A stretch of DNA of 64,000 nucleotides from Eledone cirrhosa. Taxonomy: Eukaryota. Below the pieces are notes generated by a model. It searched no databases. It was not told where the DNA came from and worked only from the letters and a program-made list of their open reading frames with translations. Shown one piece after another: positions 12,660 to 26,468 of this stretch. The stretch's first letter is position 1, and each line of letters starts with the position of its first letter. A program made the position numbers and the translations under genes. The DNA lies in assembly GCA_964016885.1 (NCBI GenBank), contig OZ024740.1, positions 238,700,001 to 238,764,000 of the forward strand, read 5' to 3'.

Positions 12660-15600
12660 CAAATTCACCTCATGCTGCCAGGCGAGAATGTAAGGACTCC
12701 TCTTTATTTCGGCCGCGGATGGCTAACATAACCCCCCCCCCCCCCCCCCCTGCGCCCCACCGTTCCCACCCTCCAAACGCAATCCAAAACTTCAGAGTTG
12801 GTACCATGAATGTAGGTACCTTAAAAGGTCGCTCTCACGAGGTTGTAGAAATGCTTGAACGTAAGGAGGTCGATGTTTGCTGTATTCAAGAGACCAGGTG
12901 GAGGGATGGGTCTGCTAGATTCAATGTGGGTAAAGAACGATGCTATAAGCTTTTCTGGGTGGGGTAGGAATCATGGTAGCAGAAAAGTGGGCAGATAAGA
13001 TAATAGACGTAAATAGAGTGAACGACAGAATAATTAAAATAAGACTTGTCCTCAATAGAACTACTGTGACAATAATATCTGCATATGCACCCCAATCCGG
13101 ACTGCCTGGCATTATAAAAGACAGATTCTATGAGACGTTAATGCTCACTACCTCCCAAATAACCGACAGTGACTACATAGTTATCGCTGGCGACCTAAAT
13201 GGTCACGTTGGACAACATTGTGACGGCTATGACGGAATCCATGGAGGCTATGGGTTTGGTACTAGAAATGAGGAAGGCTCCAGAATCCTGGAATTCTGTG
13301 ACGCAAATAACCTAACTATCTGTAACACTAACTTCAAAAAATGAGACAATCACTTGATCACCTATAGATCAGGGGAACACACCAGCCAGGTAGATTATAT
13401 CCTTACCAGAAGACGTGACAGAGTGTCTGTTGTAAACACTAAATCCCTCCCCCATGAAGAATGCACCTCTCAACATAGACTCATAATTATCGACCTCATA
13501 GTCAGGACAAGACGTACTCGACAACAGAAGAGGACTATCCTCAGGAGAAAAATATGGAAGTTAAAGGACCCCACAGCCAGTAACAAATTTAAAAGCATAT
13601 TACTTGATGCTTTTGATAGTAAGGAAGAGCAATTAGAGTTGTACAATATAGAGGAACAGTCGGAATTCTTGAAAGCTAACCTGCTGAAGGCGACAGATGA
13701 AACCTGTGGCTGCAGCAGACCTATAGGCAGGAGGAGAGTAACTTGGTGGTGGAACAGTAAGGTGGAGGGGTCAATCAAGGCCAAAAAGCAGGCTTGGAAA
13801 GCATGGTGGGATGGGGGAAGTAGAGAAGACTATCAAGTGGCCAGGAGGGAAGCTAGGAGACAAGTGTACTTCGCAAGAAGGGAAGCAGAGGAAAGAAAGT
13901 TCAAGCATGTTCTACAACGCGAGGACCAAAAACGTGAGGTATTCAGGATTGCTAGGCAATGTGTCAAGGAAAACCGTGATATTGTCGGGGAGAAGTGTGT
14001 CGTTAATGATGATGGTGTACTTGCCATCACTGACGCTGATAAGAAGGTAGCTTGGAAGTGTCACTACGAAAGGCTACTAAATGAGGAGAATAATTGGGAG
14101 AAAGACAGTCTCCACCACATCGATCCAATAGAGGGACCAGCAGTGCAAGTTGAAGGTAGTATAATAAGTAAGGCGATCAAAGACATGAAGACAGGCAAGG
14201 CAGCTGGGCCTTCGGAAATAGTTGCTGAAATGCTGAAAGCATCCGGAATGGTGGGACACACTATGGTCACCCGGATAGTAAACCAAGTCATACAGAATGG
14301 GTCGTTCCGAAGGACTGGCACAGCAGCATCATCATTAACTGCTACAAGGGTAAAGGAGATGCCCTAGATAGGGGAAACTATAGAGGCATTAAATTAATTG
14401 ACCAGGTCATGAAGGTCACAGAAAAAGTAATAGCGCAACTAATCAGAGAGCGAATTGATCTAGATGAAATGCAGTTCGGGTTTGTGTCAGGTAAAAGTAC
14501 AACAGACGCTCTTTTCATTGTACGACAACTACAGGAGAAGTACCTAGCTAAAAGTAAACTCCTATACTTAGCTTTTGTTGACTTGGAGAAAGCTTTTGAC
14601 AGAGTACCCCGCTCGATTATCTGGTGGGCCCTTAGAAAACTAGGTATTGATGAATGGCTTGTGAGAGCTATACAAGCCATGTATAAAGAAACAGTCAGCA
14701 AGGTTAGAATTAACAACGAATATAGTGAAGAGTTTAGCGTAAAAGTTGGTGTTCATCAGGGCTCCGTCCTTAGCCCCCTATTATTTATTATTGCCCTTCA
14801 GGCTATAACAGAGGAGTTCAAGACCGGCTGCTGCCCATGGGAACTCCTATATGCAGATGATATAACGTTCATAGCGGAATCAATGGCTGAACTAGAGAAG
14901 AAATTTCAAACATGGAAGCATGGCCTAGAATCAAAAGGCCTTAAAATTAACCTGTCTAAGACTAAAGCTCTAGTTTGTAGGAAGGAAAATAGGGCACTGG
15001 TCCCATCTGGGAAATGGCCATGCTCAGTGTGTAGGAAAGGAGTAGGCAGAAACTCCATTTTATGTCCCAAGTGCAAAGTATGGGTGCATAAAAGATGTAG
15101 TGGGATCACAGGTAAGCTAACTAAGAATATAGATTTTATATGTGGCTGGTGCTCAGGTGCAATAAGTAGCAGCAAGTGCCCATTGAATACTAGCTCATTC
15201 CATTGCACAGATGGTTCTATAGAAATAGTGGACACCTTCCGTTACTTGGGTGACAAAATCAGCAGTGGTGGAGGGTGCTCTGAAAGTACAGTAGCTAGAG
15301 TCAGAACGGGATGGAAAAAGTTCAGAGCTTATACCACTATTGGCCGCTAAAGGGTTCTCTCTAAAAATGAAAGGCAGGCTGTATGATGCCTGCATACGAA
15401 CAGCAATGTTACATGGCAGTGAGACTTGGGCATTGTGTGCAGAGGATATACGCAGACTGGAGAGGAACGAAGCTTGCATGCTCCGTTGGATGTGTAATAG
15501 TAATATACGTGAACGGCAAAGCATAAATGAACTAAGGGAGAAATTAGAAATAAGAGGAATCAGACTACGTTGGTATGGTCACGTGATGCGCATGAAAGAC

Positions 15601-16120
15601 GACAGATGTATAAAAAAGTACAGGGCGATAAAAATAGACGGTAGCCACGGAGTAGGCAGATCCAGAAAAACCTGGGACGGCTTGATAAATTCCGACCTCA
15701 CACACTTACACCTCTCCAAGACAATGTCACTGGACCGAGATCTTTGGCGCTACACAGTAATACAGAAGACCCACCTTGCCTAAGTACAAAGTGAAACCTA
15801 CAGTCAGTAGGCACCTCTAACAAAAATACACCCCCGTCCCACCACCCCTTTCGATGTAAAGTTATGTTGGTACCACAACATCCAGTCCGAAATAAATGAG
15901 GTCGTGTAGGTGTCACGAAAAAAAAAAAACACAGTCCACGCTGTAATGTGGCCGTATAGGTAACACGGTAAAAACCTCCCAGTCCACACTGTAAACGTGG
16001 TTGGTGTTAGGAAGGGCATCCAGCCGTAGAAAACCCGCCAGACAGTCCTACACGAGCAAGACAACCACTCTTGCCTCAAGTGGGAAAACTCCCGTCCAAA
16101 CCTATGCAAGCGTGGAAGAT
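12660..16120 (+). mobile_element. Near-full-length RTE-clade LINE retrotransposon
   Basis: Short 5' UTR, a single disrupted ORF and a 3' UTR shared with the other copies. The end is truncated into (TG)n. Confidence 0.95.
12719..15783 (+). pseudogene. RTE ORF2: AP endonuclease, reverse transcriptase and PHD-type finger; disrupted by stops and frameshifts
   Basis: Endonuclease motifs TMNVGTL, CCIQETRW, SAYAPQ, GDLNGHVG, QVDYIL, SQHRL. RT motifs QFGFVSG, FVDLEKAFDRV, GVHQGSVLSPLLF, LLYADD, FRYLG. Deletion near 12960, TGA at 13342, frameshifts near 14300 and 15325. Confidence 0.95.
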
Positions 16121-16144
16121 GGTGTGTGTGTGTGTGTGTGTATA

Positions 16145-17125
16145 TATCATCATCATCATCATCATCATCATTTTACGTCCGCTTTTTCCTGCTTGCAAGA
16201 TATATATATCATTATTCTATGTTCACTTTTCTAGGCTTGCATAGGTTGGATGGGTCTCTTCTAGCAAAATATCCCTTCATTGCGGATATTTGTCATTTCC
16301 TATGTGAGCACCAACAATTTGAGATCAGCTCTTAACTTTTGCCCAGGTCTTCTTTGGTCTTCCACTACTGCAGCTTTCACTGGGATCTCTTGGTACTTCT
16401 TCACCCACCCAACAATCATCATCCATATGCTTTACATAATCATACCAAAGCAGTCTCTCTCCTGCACACTATATCGGATTCTTTTTATACTCAGCATTTC
16501 TTTCAGCTCACCTGTGCTTTGTCATTCATGTACATTTATCAGAGCATGCTTGCTTTATTTTTCCCTGAGACATCGCACATCACACACAGGCATCATACAG
16601 GTGGCCTTTCATTTATAGAGAAAAATCTTTTGTTGACAACAGAGGTAGTAGTGCCCTGAACTTGTTCCATCCTGTTCTTATCCTAGCTACTATGCTCTCA
16701 GCACATGCTCCTTCACTGCTAATTAGATCAAATAGATAGCAGAAGCTACCAACCATTTCTATGGATCCTTCCAAGGATTGGAAAAAGTTTATTTCCCTGA
16801 TGCTCTTACTACCAACTATCCCTGTGCATTTGCCATATACAAAGTCTACCTTTTCTGTTAGTCTGCCTGTTATCTCATTAGATCTCTTGTATACTTAAGA
16901 TTTATATTGTGTACATCATATAGAATTATTACCTATTCCTTTTCTACATATCAAGCAAGGCAACATTCCTGAATGGATCAAAATCCTGTCTTTGGTTTTT
17001 TCCAAGTTTGCTCTAAGCCCTTTCGATTCTATGTTCTGTTTCCAAACCTGGGATTTCTTCTCTAACTCATCAACAGATTCAGTTATGAGAACCAGGCCAT
17101 CAGCATACAGAAGTTCCCATACAAC
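16145..17125 (-). mobile_element. Older decayed RTE 3' fragment(s)
   Basis: (CAT)n tail plus ACGTCCGC 3' motif, then degenerate WELLYADG, PHD remnant and FCYL on the - strand. Confidence 0.8.
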
Positions 17126-18684
17126 TCTACATATCCCAAATACTAGGAATAAAAGATTAATACGAAGTTACCTACTTACTTGAGTAACTGTTATTATGGA
17201 ACTATGTCAGTTATTAGAGATATCTGTAAATTGAAGAAACAACACATTAATAAAACAGTAAACTATATCAGGCACAGTAAAATATATCAAACACAGTACA
17301 ATGGTAGGAATTGTAAATGTGATATCATCTGCATATGAGGCTGTGTGAATGTTTTGTGGGAAGGTCATATCGCTATAAGTTTAAAAGAATGAGTAAAAAA
17401 AAAAAAGAACAAATGTTTGTGGAACTCCATTCAAGAAATTGCAAACTTTGGATGTGCTGTTTTTGATACATAGGCTCTTGAAGTGTTGACTCATTTTGAC
17501 TATAAGACTATACAGAAATTATAGTCTGAACTTCATGAGGGACAGGAGTTCATGCTATAGATAGACCATATTAATCTTTTAACATTTACATTACTCTATA
17601 TATACTATTATATTTTCATGGTAAAGGCTTTATCTCACATAATTTCGAATTTATGAGATTTTGATATTTATTTTGAGAACAATACCTTAACATCACTATG
17701 AGTGGCCAGTTACAACCAGTTTGAACAGAAAGAAGTGAGAGAATTCTGGCCTGATACAGCCGGTTTAAAATAATATTCAGTGGCACCTTTGCAATCCAGC
17801 ACCCAGTTAAACATTACCACCTGATCCTTAAGTGATTTTTACCAGAGTCCACTCTGTTGTCAGTATTCATGTCAGATCTTAGGATAACAGCCCCCTTTCT
17901 TCCAACAGTCTTGGAGGACCTGAAAGATTTCAATATATCTCCTTTGACTAGGCAAAAAAAAAAAAAATACAAAACATCCTTGAAGATGTTGAATTTAAAT
18001 AGACAGACAACACTTTTACTACAATGTGAAGTATTATAATAATAGTAGTAGGATGACACAAAACTCAGAAGAATGATATGACCATATCAACCTGATCTTG
18101 ATGGTATCTAGTTCTTATATGTAGTAAGAACAGATGTAAAATTGCATCAACATCATTATCATTATATCTGATCAGAAACTGGTCATTTTCTAATTAGAAA
18201 GTCTAATGTCATAGAACATAGTGTTTTGATTAGTCATGTAACAATAGGTTAGCAACCAGTAAACCCTGCTCACTACATCATAAAAATAGCAAAAACTTGA
18301 AACAAGGGAACTTCTATGTGTTAGTTTGACATGCTAGAAATAAAAGTCAGATTTCCTTCAAATCATTCACTACTATCTTAAGAAAGGGAAAAGACATTAG
18401 ATGATGTAGTTAAAAATAACAAACACTATGCTTGTAAGAAAATAAAACAATTTTACAAGATTGAGATGGAGCTAAATAACCACCTAGAATTAGTATATGT
18501 AAGTGGAGTTTAATATTTTAAAACTATCCATCCATTAGCAAAGTAACAAACCAGACCATCTACTTCTAAGATGATGTTATCATTATTATCATCTAATGTT
18601 TCTTTTTCCATGCAAGTATGGGTTGGATGTGTATATTATTAATAATATATACAGTTAAAATAGTAATGATGAGAGGCTGCCAGC

Positions 18685-18715
<31 letters not shown>

Positions 18716-18730
18716 GTATATATATATATA

Positions 18731-19362
18731 AAAGCTGTATCAACCTCACAGTGAAGAAAAAATAGGTATATTTTTGTCTATTATTTCCTCATATTTTGTA
18801 ATTTGATAAATAGCTCTGATTATTGAATTATTTTAATATTTTTGATTATTTTAACTCTTTCAGTCATCAAGCAAAACTTGTTAAGGCTGACACCACACAC
18901 ACACACACACATACATATGAGTATGTGTGTATATTTCATTATTATATTGTCCCAAACTCCTCTATGGTCGAGTTAACGCAGGAATGTACTAACTGCTTTT
19001 TCTAGCAAATATGGTATTCACTCACTGTCCACCTTACTACCGTTTTGTGACCACTGTGTCACATATTAATTTCTCCCTTAGCCTCTCGAGAAATTTTCAT
19101 TTGCTACGAAAGAAAGTCCTTTCTTTTTACCACTGTATCACGTGTTAATTCCTCCTTCCGCCTCTCAAGAGTTTCTCACTTGCTGTGAACACGTCAAGAA
19201 ACAGTCCTTTATTCTGAGGGGTCTCTTGATAAGCCGTATCAACCTTATAGCAATGATTCATTTTTATAATGCAGAAATCATTGCACACAGATTGGCGAAA
19301 CTGCAGTCAGAACTTTGAAGAAAAAAATAGGTATATTTTTGTCTATTATTTCCTCATATTTT
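18731..19362 (+). mobile_element. Short terminal-direct-repeat element between (TA)n tracts with a degenerate hammerhead (Penelope pseudo-LTR/retrozyme-like)
   Basis: 45-bp repeat GAAGAAAAAATAGGTATATTTTTGTCTATTATTTCCTCATATTTT at 18753 and 19317. CTGAGGG...GGC-GAAACTGCAGTC at 19214-19308. Internal ~80-bp tandem duplication. Confidence 0.6.
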
Positions 19363-19375
19363 ATATATATATATA

Positions 19376-20577
19376 TCTACTATATAAATCGCAATTTCTG
19401 TCTGTCTGCGTGTAACCAGTTGGCGCCTACACCAGTGATCCGATCACACGTTAAGCTAATATTCAGAAACAGGACTGACTAATTGGATTTCAACAAAAAT
19501 CAATAATGGAACCCATGGGGACATCTTTACAATGGAGGAGGAAAGAGAAGACGTTTCAGTGAGAGAGGGGGAAGAGGAGATACTACTACTGTATGTTAAA
19601 CCCTCCCTCCCACTACTCCCCTTCCTCCTCACACAACTCAGTCCTCCAAAACGAGGCAACAACTTAGAAATATACATAAAGAAATTTCAAACAAAGCAGA
19701 TGACAATCTCATTTTGGTTGACGACTGAACAGATGTCTCTGTGTATATAGATATATATATATATCGCATCATCTGATATGGATTCTGAACACGTGCACAT
19801 GTTTAGGTCACATTAAGGTCAACTGCAGGAATCGGTGATAAGTTATAAAAAAGTGTGATGATCAATGACCTGGGAGTTGGCTTACCATGAGATTAGTCCG
19901 AAGAATAAAACCCAAATCGTATGTTGATGAATATTCATACTCCCGGCATGTTAATTGTAACATGCTGTCTTTGAGAGTAGATTTTGTTGATATTTCGAGA
20001 TGTCGGATCTTGGGAAGATTAATACGAATTAAGAAGATGTAACTTCTCCCCCATTATTGACACTTTGCAACAGTGAACGTTACAAGGCCCTCTTTATGGC
20101 CAACACTTCTGATTATTTATCTGACTTATTGTGGTGTGTTTTCTCAGGTCATGTCTACTATAGGGGCAAAACGGGATGGTTTTATTGAATTGCTTCAGTC
20201 ATTTGAAGGTCTTTACACAGGGTGCTTGAACAGTACCTGAATATGTTCATTCGGTTATAATTTATTCAATAATTGCAATGACTTCCTGTGTTTGTTCTTG
20301 AGCGCTAAGGCAGTAAGTTTGCTATTTTTATACATAAGTTCGATACTCTTTGAGCTCAAACTTCCCTGGCTTATTCACTTTGAATCAAGAAAGCTGCATG
20401 GAAGGACTTATGACTTAAACAGCTATTGATAGTTCCACACAAAAAATTGATCGGCCATAAACATACCTAGCAAAGGTTGCTATTGAAAATCCGGTATGGG
20501 CACCCAGGATCGCTAGCATTTTCAGGCGCACTCTGGGAACTGCGAATAACCCCACCTTTCCCGGGTACTGCAGCTAG
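19376..20577 (+). mobile_element. Non-autonomous Helitron
   Basis: A^TCTACTATATAAA 5' end followed by (CTGT)n; 3' end CCC..CCGGGTACTGCAGCTAG^T with a GC-rich subterminal hairpin remnant; inserted between A and T, no TSD. Confidence 0.8.
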
Positions 20578-20612
<35 letters not shown>

Positions 20613-21004
20613 TTGTATGGCGGTAGTAGAGAGAGGAACATGAGAGCAATAGAAATAATATGGCTGAAAGTAATCTTTTGACTAGCATGCTTGCTTGGAA
20701 GATATATTTTACTCGGTATTGTGAATTGATTAGATTAGAGTAGTTAGAGTAAGAAAAAAATAAGACAAGTTTATAAGTTGGTAAATTTTATTTATAATGG
20801 CTATGGTAAGGTAAGAGATCAGAGTGTACAATATTTCATGTATTATATTTATAGACATCCAATATAGCACAACTAGCAATGTTACAAATGAAATTAAACA
20901 TATAGTTTGGATTCAGAAAAAAAAAAATCATTAATATAAGGCACCTTATCTTCTTACTTGGATCAGACTGTTATGTAGATTGACTTTAAATTTATATCTA
21001 TAAA

Positions 21005-21177
21005 ATGGAAGTTTTATTTTCAGCTACTGCACCAGTAAACTCTTAACATTGTTGGTGGCTTGCCTTACTGAGGTATCAGGTGATGTCCTTGAGGTTATTT
21101 GGTTGTACCAGTGCCATAGCATTGCTATCACCCATGGTAATGCTGCCAGTCTGTTGGCTTGCCTCAAAAAGTATTAG
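21005..21177 (+). pseudogene. C-terminal remnant of a CRE-like (restriction-like endonuclease) non-LTR retrotransposon
   Basis: Manual translation LTEVSGDVLEVIWLYQCHSIAITHGNAASLLACLKKY* resembles the CRE terminal motif (SGD.RE..FL.QRLSIA.QRGNAAS.L). Confidence 0.6.
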
Positions 21178-21351
21178 AGGGAAGCTCCGGCACATTTTGT
21201 GGTGTGTGACCAATTGATACTCTTAGTCTTGACCTAATATTTTCTTTATTTTTGATTCTGTATTTTCATCAGAAATATTTGATTAATTAAGTAATAAAGA
21301 TATATCTATGCATGTGTAAAAAAAAAACTTCTCTTATTAATCTACCCTATA

Positions 21352-21993
21352 ATAATTGTTTCTACTTTTGGCACAAGGCCAGTAATTACCCCAGTGCATT
21401 ACTGGTGCTTTGTTTTATCGACCCCGTAAGGATGAAGGGTAAAGTTAACTTTGATGGGATTTGAACTCAGAACATAAAGGGCCATAACTTTAACTGCAAA
21501 GAATGATGTCTGACGCTCTACCGATACTGCCAATCCACTGCCCTATAATAGAGTAACTTTAGAACAGTTGTCCTGTATTATATTTTATCTAAAAAAAAAA
21601 TCTCACAGAATGGGATGGCTCAGCAGTATAGCCTGATATTGATATTGCAATTAAATAAAAAAAATAAAAATTGAAGAATAGATCAGATATAAACAGTAAC
21701 TAGACATCCATTTCAAACATATGTGAAATGTATGTTAGAAAGCCTATTTTAGACAAAAAGACAAAATTAATTAGTAATCAAAATGAATTAATTGTTAAAT
21801 GAGTATTTTTTATTATCACATGCTCAAATGTAAGCGTTGAATAAAAGAATCATTAAATAGATTTGTAAAACATCAACCAAATTACCTTCATTATACATTC
21901 ATGTCACACTGCTTTACAAGGCAGTACATGACATACATCATAAGGCTTATTACTGGCAAAATATACTGCAGACACTAGAATTCAAAGGATACT

Positions 21994-22034
<41 letters not shown>

Positions 22035-22247
22035 ACACACACATAGAAGTAGTAATAAATACAAAGACCAAGATTCAGAAAGGACTCATTAAGGGTTGTA
22101 TGTATAGATATATGATATATATATATAATGGAGGAAGTGTGGCAAGGAACCAGGTGGACCGTAACGCACCAGAGTACTTGATACTTAGGGTAGTAGACCT
22201 AGCTGTTGAATCGGCCGGAGCTCAGCCGTCGGGGTCCTGACTCTTTT

Positions 22248-22284
<37 letters not shown>

Positions 22285-24905
22285 TTAATATATATAAACC
22301 TGTAGAGCAAACAATTTCTGATTTCAACCTACAAGTGAAACCACAATGATTGGTACTTATTTTGTTGGCCTCGGAAGGGTGCAATCAAAGTTAGAGTTGG
22401 TGAAATTTGAACTCAGAATGTAAAAATATAAATATACATGCAAATATAAATACAGTGAAATTCCGTTAAAACAAAATTCACAGGATATAAAAAAAATTTG
22501 TTTGTTATTACCTTGGGGATTGAAAAAATGTTCGTTATACTGAAAAATTCGTTATAACGGAATTTTACCTGTATTGTGAAATATTTTATGCAGAATTCTA
22601 CTAATACTATCATTCATAAATTTTCATAAATATAACAATGATTTCTCATAAAAGTACAAGATCACACACTGGAGAGAGGGTTATAGATGATTAAATCAGC
22701 CCAGTGCTTAAATGATAGTTTATGTAATCAACCTGAGACATGAAAATCACTGACAAGATTTGAATACAGGATATAAAGGGACATGTTGAAATACCACAAG
22801 GCAATTTTTTTCTGACACACTACTGATTGATTCTGTTTTCATACTAATGATTTCTCATTTAGGCACAAAGCCAGCCATTTTGTGGGAAGGGGAAAATCAA
22901 TTATACAGACCCCAGTACTTGACTGCTACTTTATTTGATCAACTTTGGAAAGATAAAAGGCAAAGTTGACTATGGCAGGATTTGAACTTAAAATGCAAAG
23001 AGCAGGAACAAATATTGTGAAGCTTTTGTCTAATACTCCAATGACTCTGCCAATCTACTGCCCATTTTAATTTTGGCACAAGGCAAGCAATTTGAGAGGC
23101 ACAGGAAAGTCGATGATATTGACCTCAGTATTTGAATGGTACTTTATTTTACTGACCTTGGAAGGATGAAAGGTAAAGTTGACTTTGGTGGAATTTGAAC
23201 CTGGAACAAAAAGAGTCAGAACAAATGCAACAGAGCATTTTATGTGATACTCTACCAATCCACTGTTCTCTCATAATAATAATTGTTTCTACTTTTTGCA
23301 TAGGATGAGCAATTTGAAGGGAAGGGGAAAGTCGATTAAATTGACTCCAGTGCATTATTGGTACTTTATTTTATCAACCCTGTAAGGAAGAAAGGCAAAG
23401 CTAACCTCGGCGGGATTTGAATTTGTGATAAAATTTGGAAGATGGAAACTGCAGAAATCCACTGCGTGTATACGTATGCATGTTTGTGTCTGTGTTTATG
23501 TCCCATAACTTCATTTTCCAATAAAAATAAGTTGATAAGTATCAGACTTGAAAAACAAGGGCAAAAACTAAACCCCAGTATGATTGCAGTCTAATGACTG
23601 AAACCAGTAAAAGTATAAAAGAATAGAACTGAAGATTATGTTGTATAGAATTCAAACAATATTGAGAAAGGTATTATCTGCAATTGTTGAAACTGACTAA
23701 ATGTATCTCCCATAATAAGTTTACTCCTTCATTTCCATATTTTTCATGAAAGACACTGCCTATGATTTTCAATTAATTTTGGAAATAATCAAGAATTTGA
23801 AAAGATTTTGTAATATAACTAACTTTCTTATTATTAAATTTGTGTTTGGAGCATAACTTAAAGGTTCTTACATAAAATTATGATGGAAGGTTATCAGATA
23901 AATATAAATACTTAAAAATAAACAGCTTTATATCACAGAACTAGAGGTAGTTTCAGATGGTTTGGTTCCAAAATGGTTAAACCCTCCACGATTTGGCAAT
24001 CCACCGTCGAATACTACAATAAAAAACAAAACACACACACAAGTAACAAGAGAAAAGGCACTAGATTTATTTCAATAATAATTGGGACTTATTTTACCAA
24101 CTCCAGAAGAATTAAAGTTATTGTTGGTTGAGATAATATTTAAACTTAGAACACACCTAAATGTTATAAGGTATTTAGTTGGGCACTCTGCTCTTTGAGC
24201 AAATAATATCTTTCTTAATGAAAGGCAGAAGCAGAAGATGCATTATTTTAAGTTTGGCTTTATTTCTCCTTATGAGGGTTGAAGAAATTAGGTAATTTTA
24301 TTTCAAATAAAAACACAGTACAAGCTATTAACTAATTTCACTAGATTATTATAGAAACACACAGAAAGAAATCATACCAAACACAGTATAACAGCTATTA
24401 AAGATGTGGAACCATTTTATAATTCTAACTCAACTGGAAAGTTACAGTATTTAGTAAAGCTGAATAAGCAAGTGAATGGATGTTGATTATTGATCTATAC
24501 AATAAAGTGGGGATCACCAGTTCAGTTGCTTAGACTGTTGATAGCAACTAAATGCTATTGTTAATAATTGCCTGGCTACAACTACAGCAATGGAGGGGGG
24601 TTAATAGGAATAATAAATGGAGCAAGACACCATGGTTGGAAAAGCACAGTGATTATATTATGGTAACTAGATGGGTGGTAGGTGGCAAAAATGGGAGAAT
24701 GGTTTGCAAAAAGGTCTTTATATATGGAGTGCAAACTGCTTTTCATCTTACTGCCAATTAAGCACAAGGCCATTAAATTAGGTGGAAGGGGGTGTCAATT
24801 AAATGGACCACAGTATTTCACTGGTACTTGATTTTATCTGTCCCAGAAGGATGAAAGCCAAAGTTGACCCTGGTGCATTACTGGTACTTGATTTTATCGA
24901 CCCTG
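21352..24905 (-). mobile_element. Several minus-strand Meta-type SINE copies (21352-21545, 22320-22420, 22850-23065, 23070-23270, 23277-23425, 24760-24905)
   Basis: Reverse complements of the unit described at 1-2095. Confidence 0.82.
22128..22252 (+). repeat. (TA)n-embedded short element, hairpin family (other copies 26468-26695 -, 49741-49940 +, 50313-50450 -, 52989-53101 +)
   Basis: Shared GTGGTAAGGAACCAG.TGGACC.TAACGCACCAGAGTACTC.ATACTTAGGGTAGTAGA core; flanked by (TA)n. Confidence 0.85.
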
Positions 24906-25662
24906 TAATAATGATAATAGTTCCATTAGCAAAATGAACATGAATGTTACGTGTGTGTGGCTAATTCTTGGCAAATGTTTCTTGTTAGAGTTTATTCAGA
25001 CATCATTTGCATTTTTGAATAAATATAGTTACTTTATTTGTGTTTGGTCTGTGGGTTTGTCTGGACAAAGACAAAGTGGAAAGACTTGAAACATGGGGGA
25101 CTTATTTGAAGCAAGTTTGCACATTAGAATATTTTGCTTTACTCCTCTAATGTGACATCCTTCTTCACCAAATGAGACAATTTCATTGCAACTCCTAAAT
25201 ATGCCCCTCTATGTAGTGCTATGTAAAGAACCTTAGCTCATTCAAGATAACATTGCAACTCCTTTTTCCGTACTCATAACCGAGACAACTTTGATGCTAA
25301 GCTGCATCAGATCACCACCATGGCAGCTGAGGCTCTGAACAAATAAAACATGGAATTAACAAGCTGCATCATGAGCTACCGGTCAAGGAGTCTAATAACT
25401 CTGAATAAGAGCTAATAAATGGAAGAGGAGATGCTTTATTTATCCTCAGATGAAACAATTTCTCTAGGGACAATGGGATAATAAAATGCACCTCAGTACA
25501 CTCTGTAAAGTGGTTGATTATATAGAAAGAGTATCCAGCCATAGAAAACATGGGAAAAATGGAACAGTACTTGATGCATGATGTAGAAATCAAGTTGAAA
25601 TGGCTGGGTTGGTTTATTGTTGGTGATTCTACCCCTTCACTATATATATATATATATATATA

Positions 25663-26468
25663 TCATCATCATCATCACCGTTTTACGTCCGTTTTTCCAC
25701 ACTAGCATGGGTTAGACGGGTTGTCCTGTTGTGGGCAGTGTCTGGTCTTGCTCATACAGGAACTGATTTGGCTTGATTTCTACAGCTGGATGCCCTTCCT
25801 AACACCAACCTCATTTACAGTGAAGGCTGGGTGCTTTTTCGTGGTGCCTACACGTCCACTTTACAGTGTGGGCTGGGTGCTTTTTTGCCATGGCACCTCC
25901 ACGACCACTTTGCAGTGGGGGGTGTGGGGGCATATTGTCTATATGCTTCAGCTTGTACCCATGGGAGGTCGGGTACTCTGTATTACTGCGCGACGCCAGA
26001 GGTCACGGTCGTGTGTCATCGCCTATATATATATATCATCATCATCATCATCGTTTTACGTCTGTTCTTCCACGCTAGCATGGGTTAGACGGGTTGTCTT
26101 GTTGTGGGCAGTGTCCAGTTGGCTGACCTTGTCTTGCTCATATGGGAACTGATTCTGGCTTGATTTCTACAGCTGGATGCCTTTCCTAACACCAACCTCA
26201 TTTACAGTGAGTGCTTTTTTTTCCGTGGCGCCTACACGCCCACTCTACAGTGTGGGCTGGGTGCTTTTTTGCCGTGGCACCTCCACAACCACTTTGCAGT
26301 GGAATGATAGGCACCCCAGTCCCTATCATCTCATTTCTACAGCTGAGTAAACTGGAGCAATGTGAAATAAAGTGTCTTGCTCAAGGAAACAACACATCAC
26401 CCGGTCCGAGAATTGAACTCACAACCTTTCGATTGCAAGGCCAATGCTCTAACCACTAAGCCATGCGC
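25663..26468 (-). mobile_element. CORE/V-like SINE (26035-26468) plus an adjacent RTE-tail-bearing element (25663-26020)
   Basis: Reverse complement of the 8732-9084 SINE, with extra ~43-bp tail repeats and (CAT)n tails. Confidence 0.85.

Noticed and set aside
13470-15524. Minus-strand ORFs over the LINE (and plus-strand ORFs at 54552-56679)
   Set aside because: Antisense shadows of ORF2 with no independent protein features.
17814-17925. Possible minus-strand exon (TTTCAG...GTAATG)
   Set aside because: One open frame with no recognisable protein and no supporting neighbours; could be a TE remnant.
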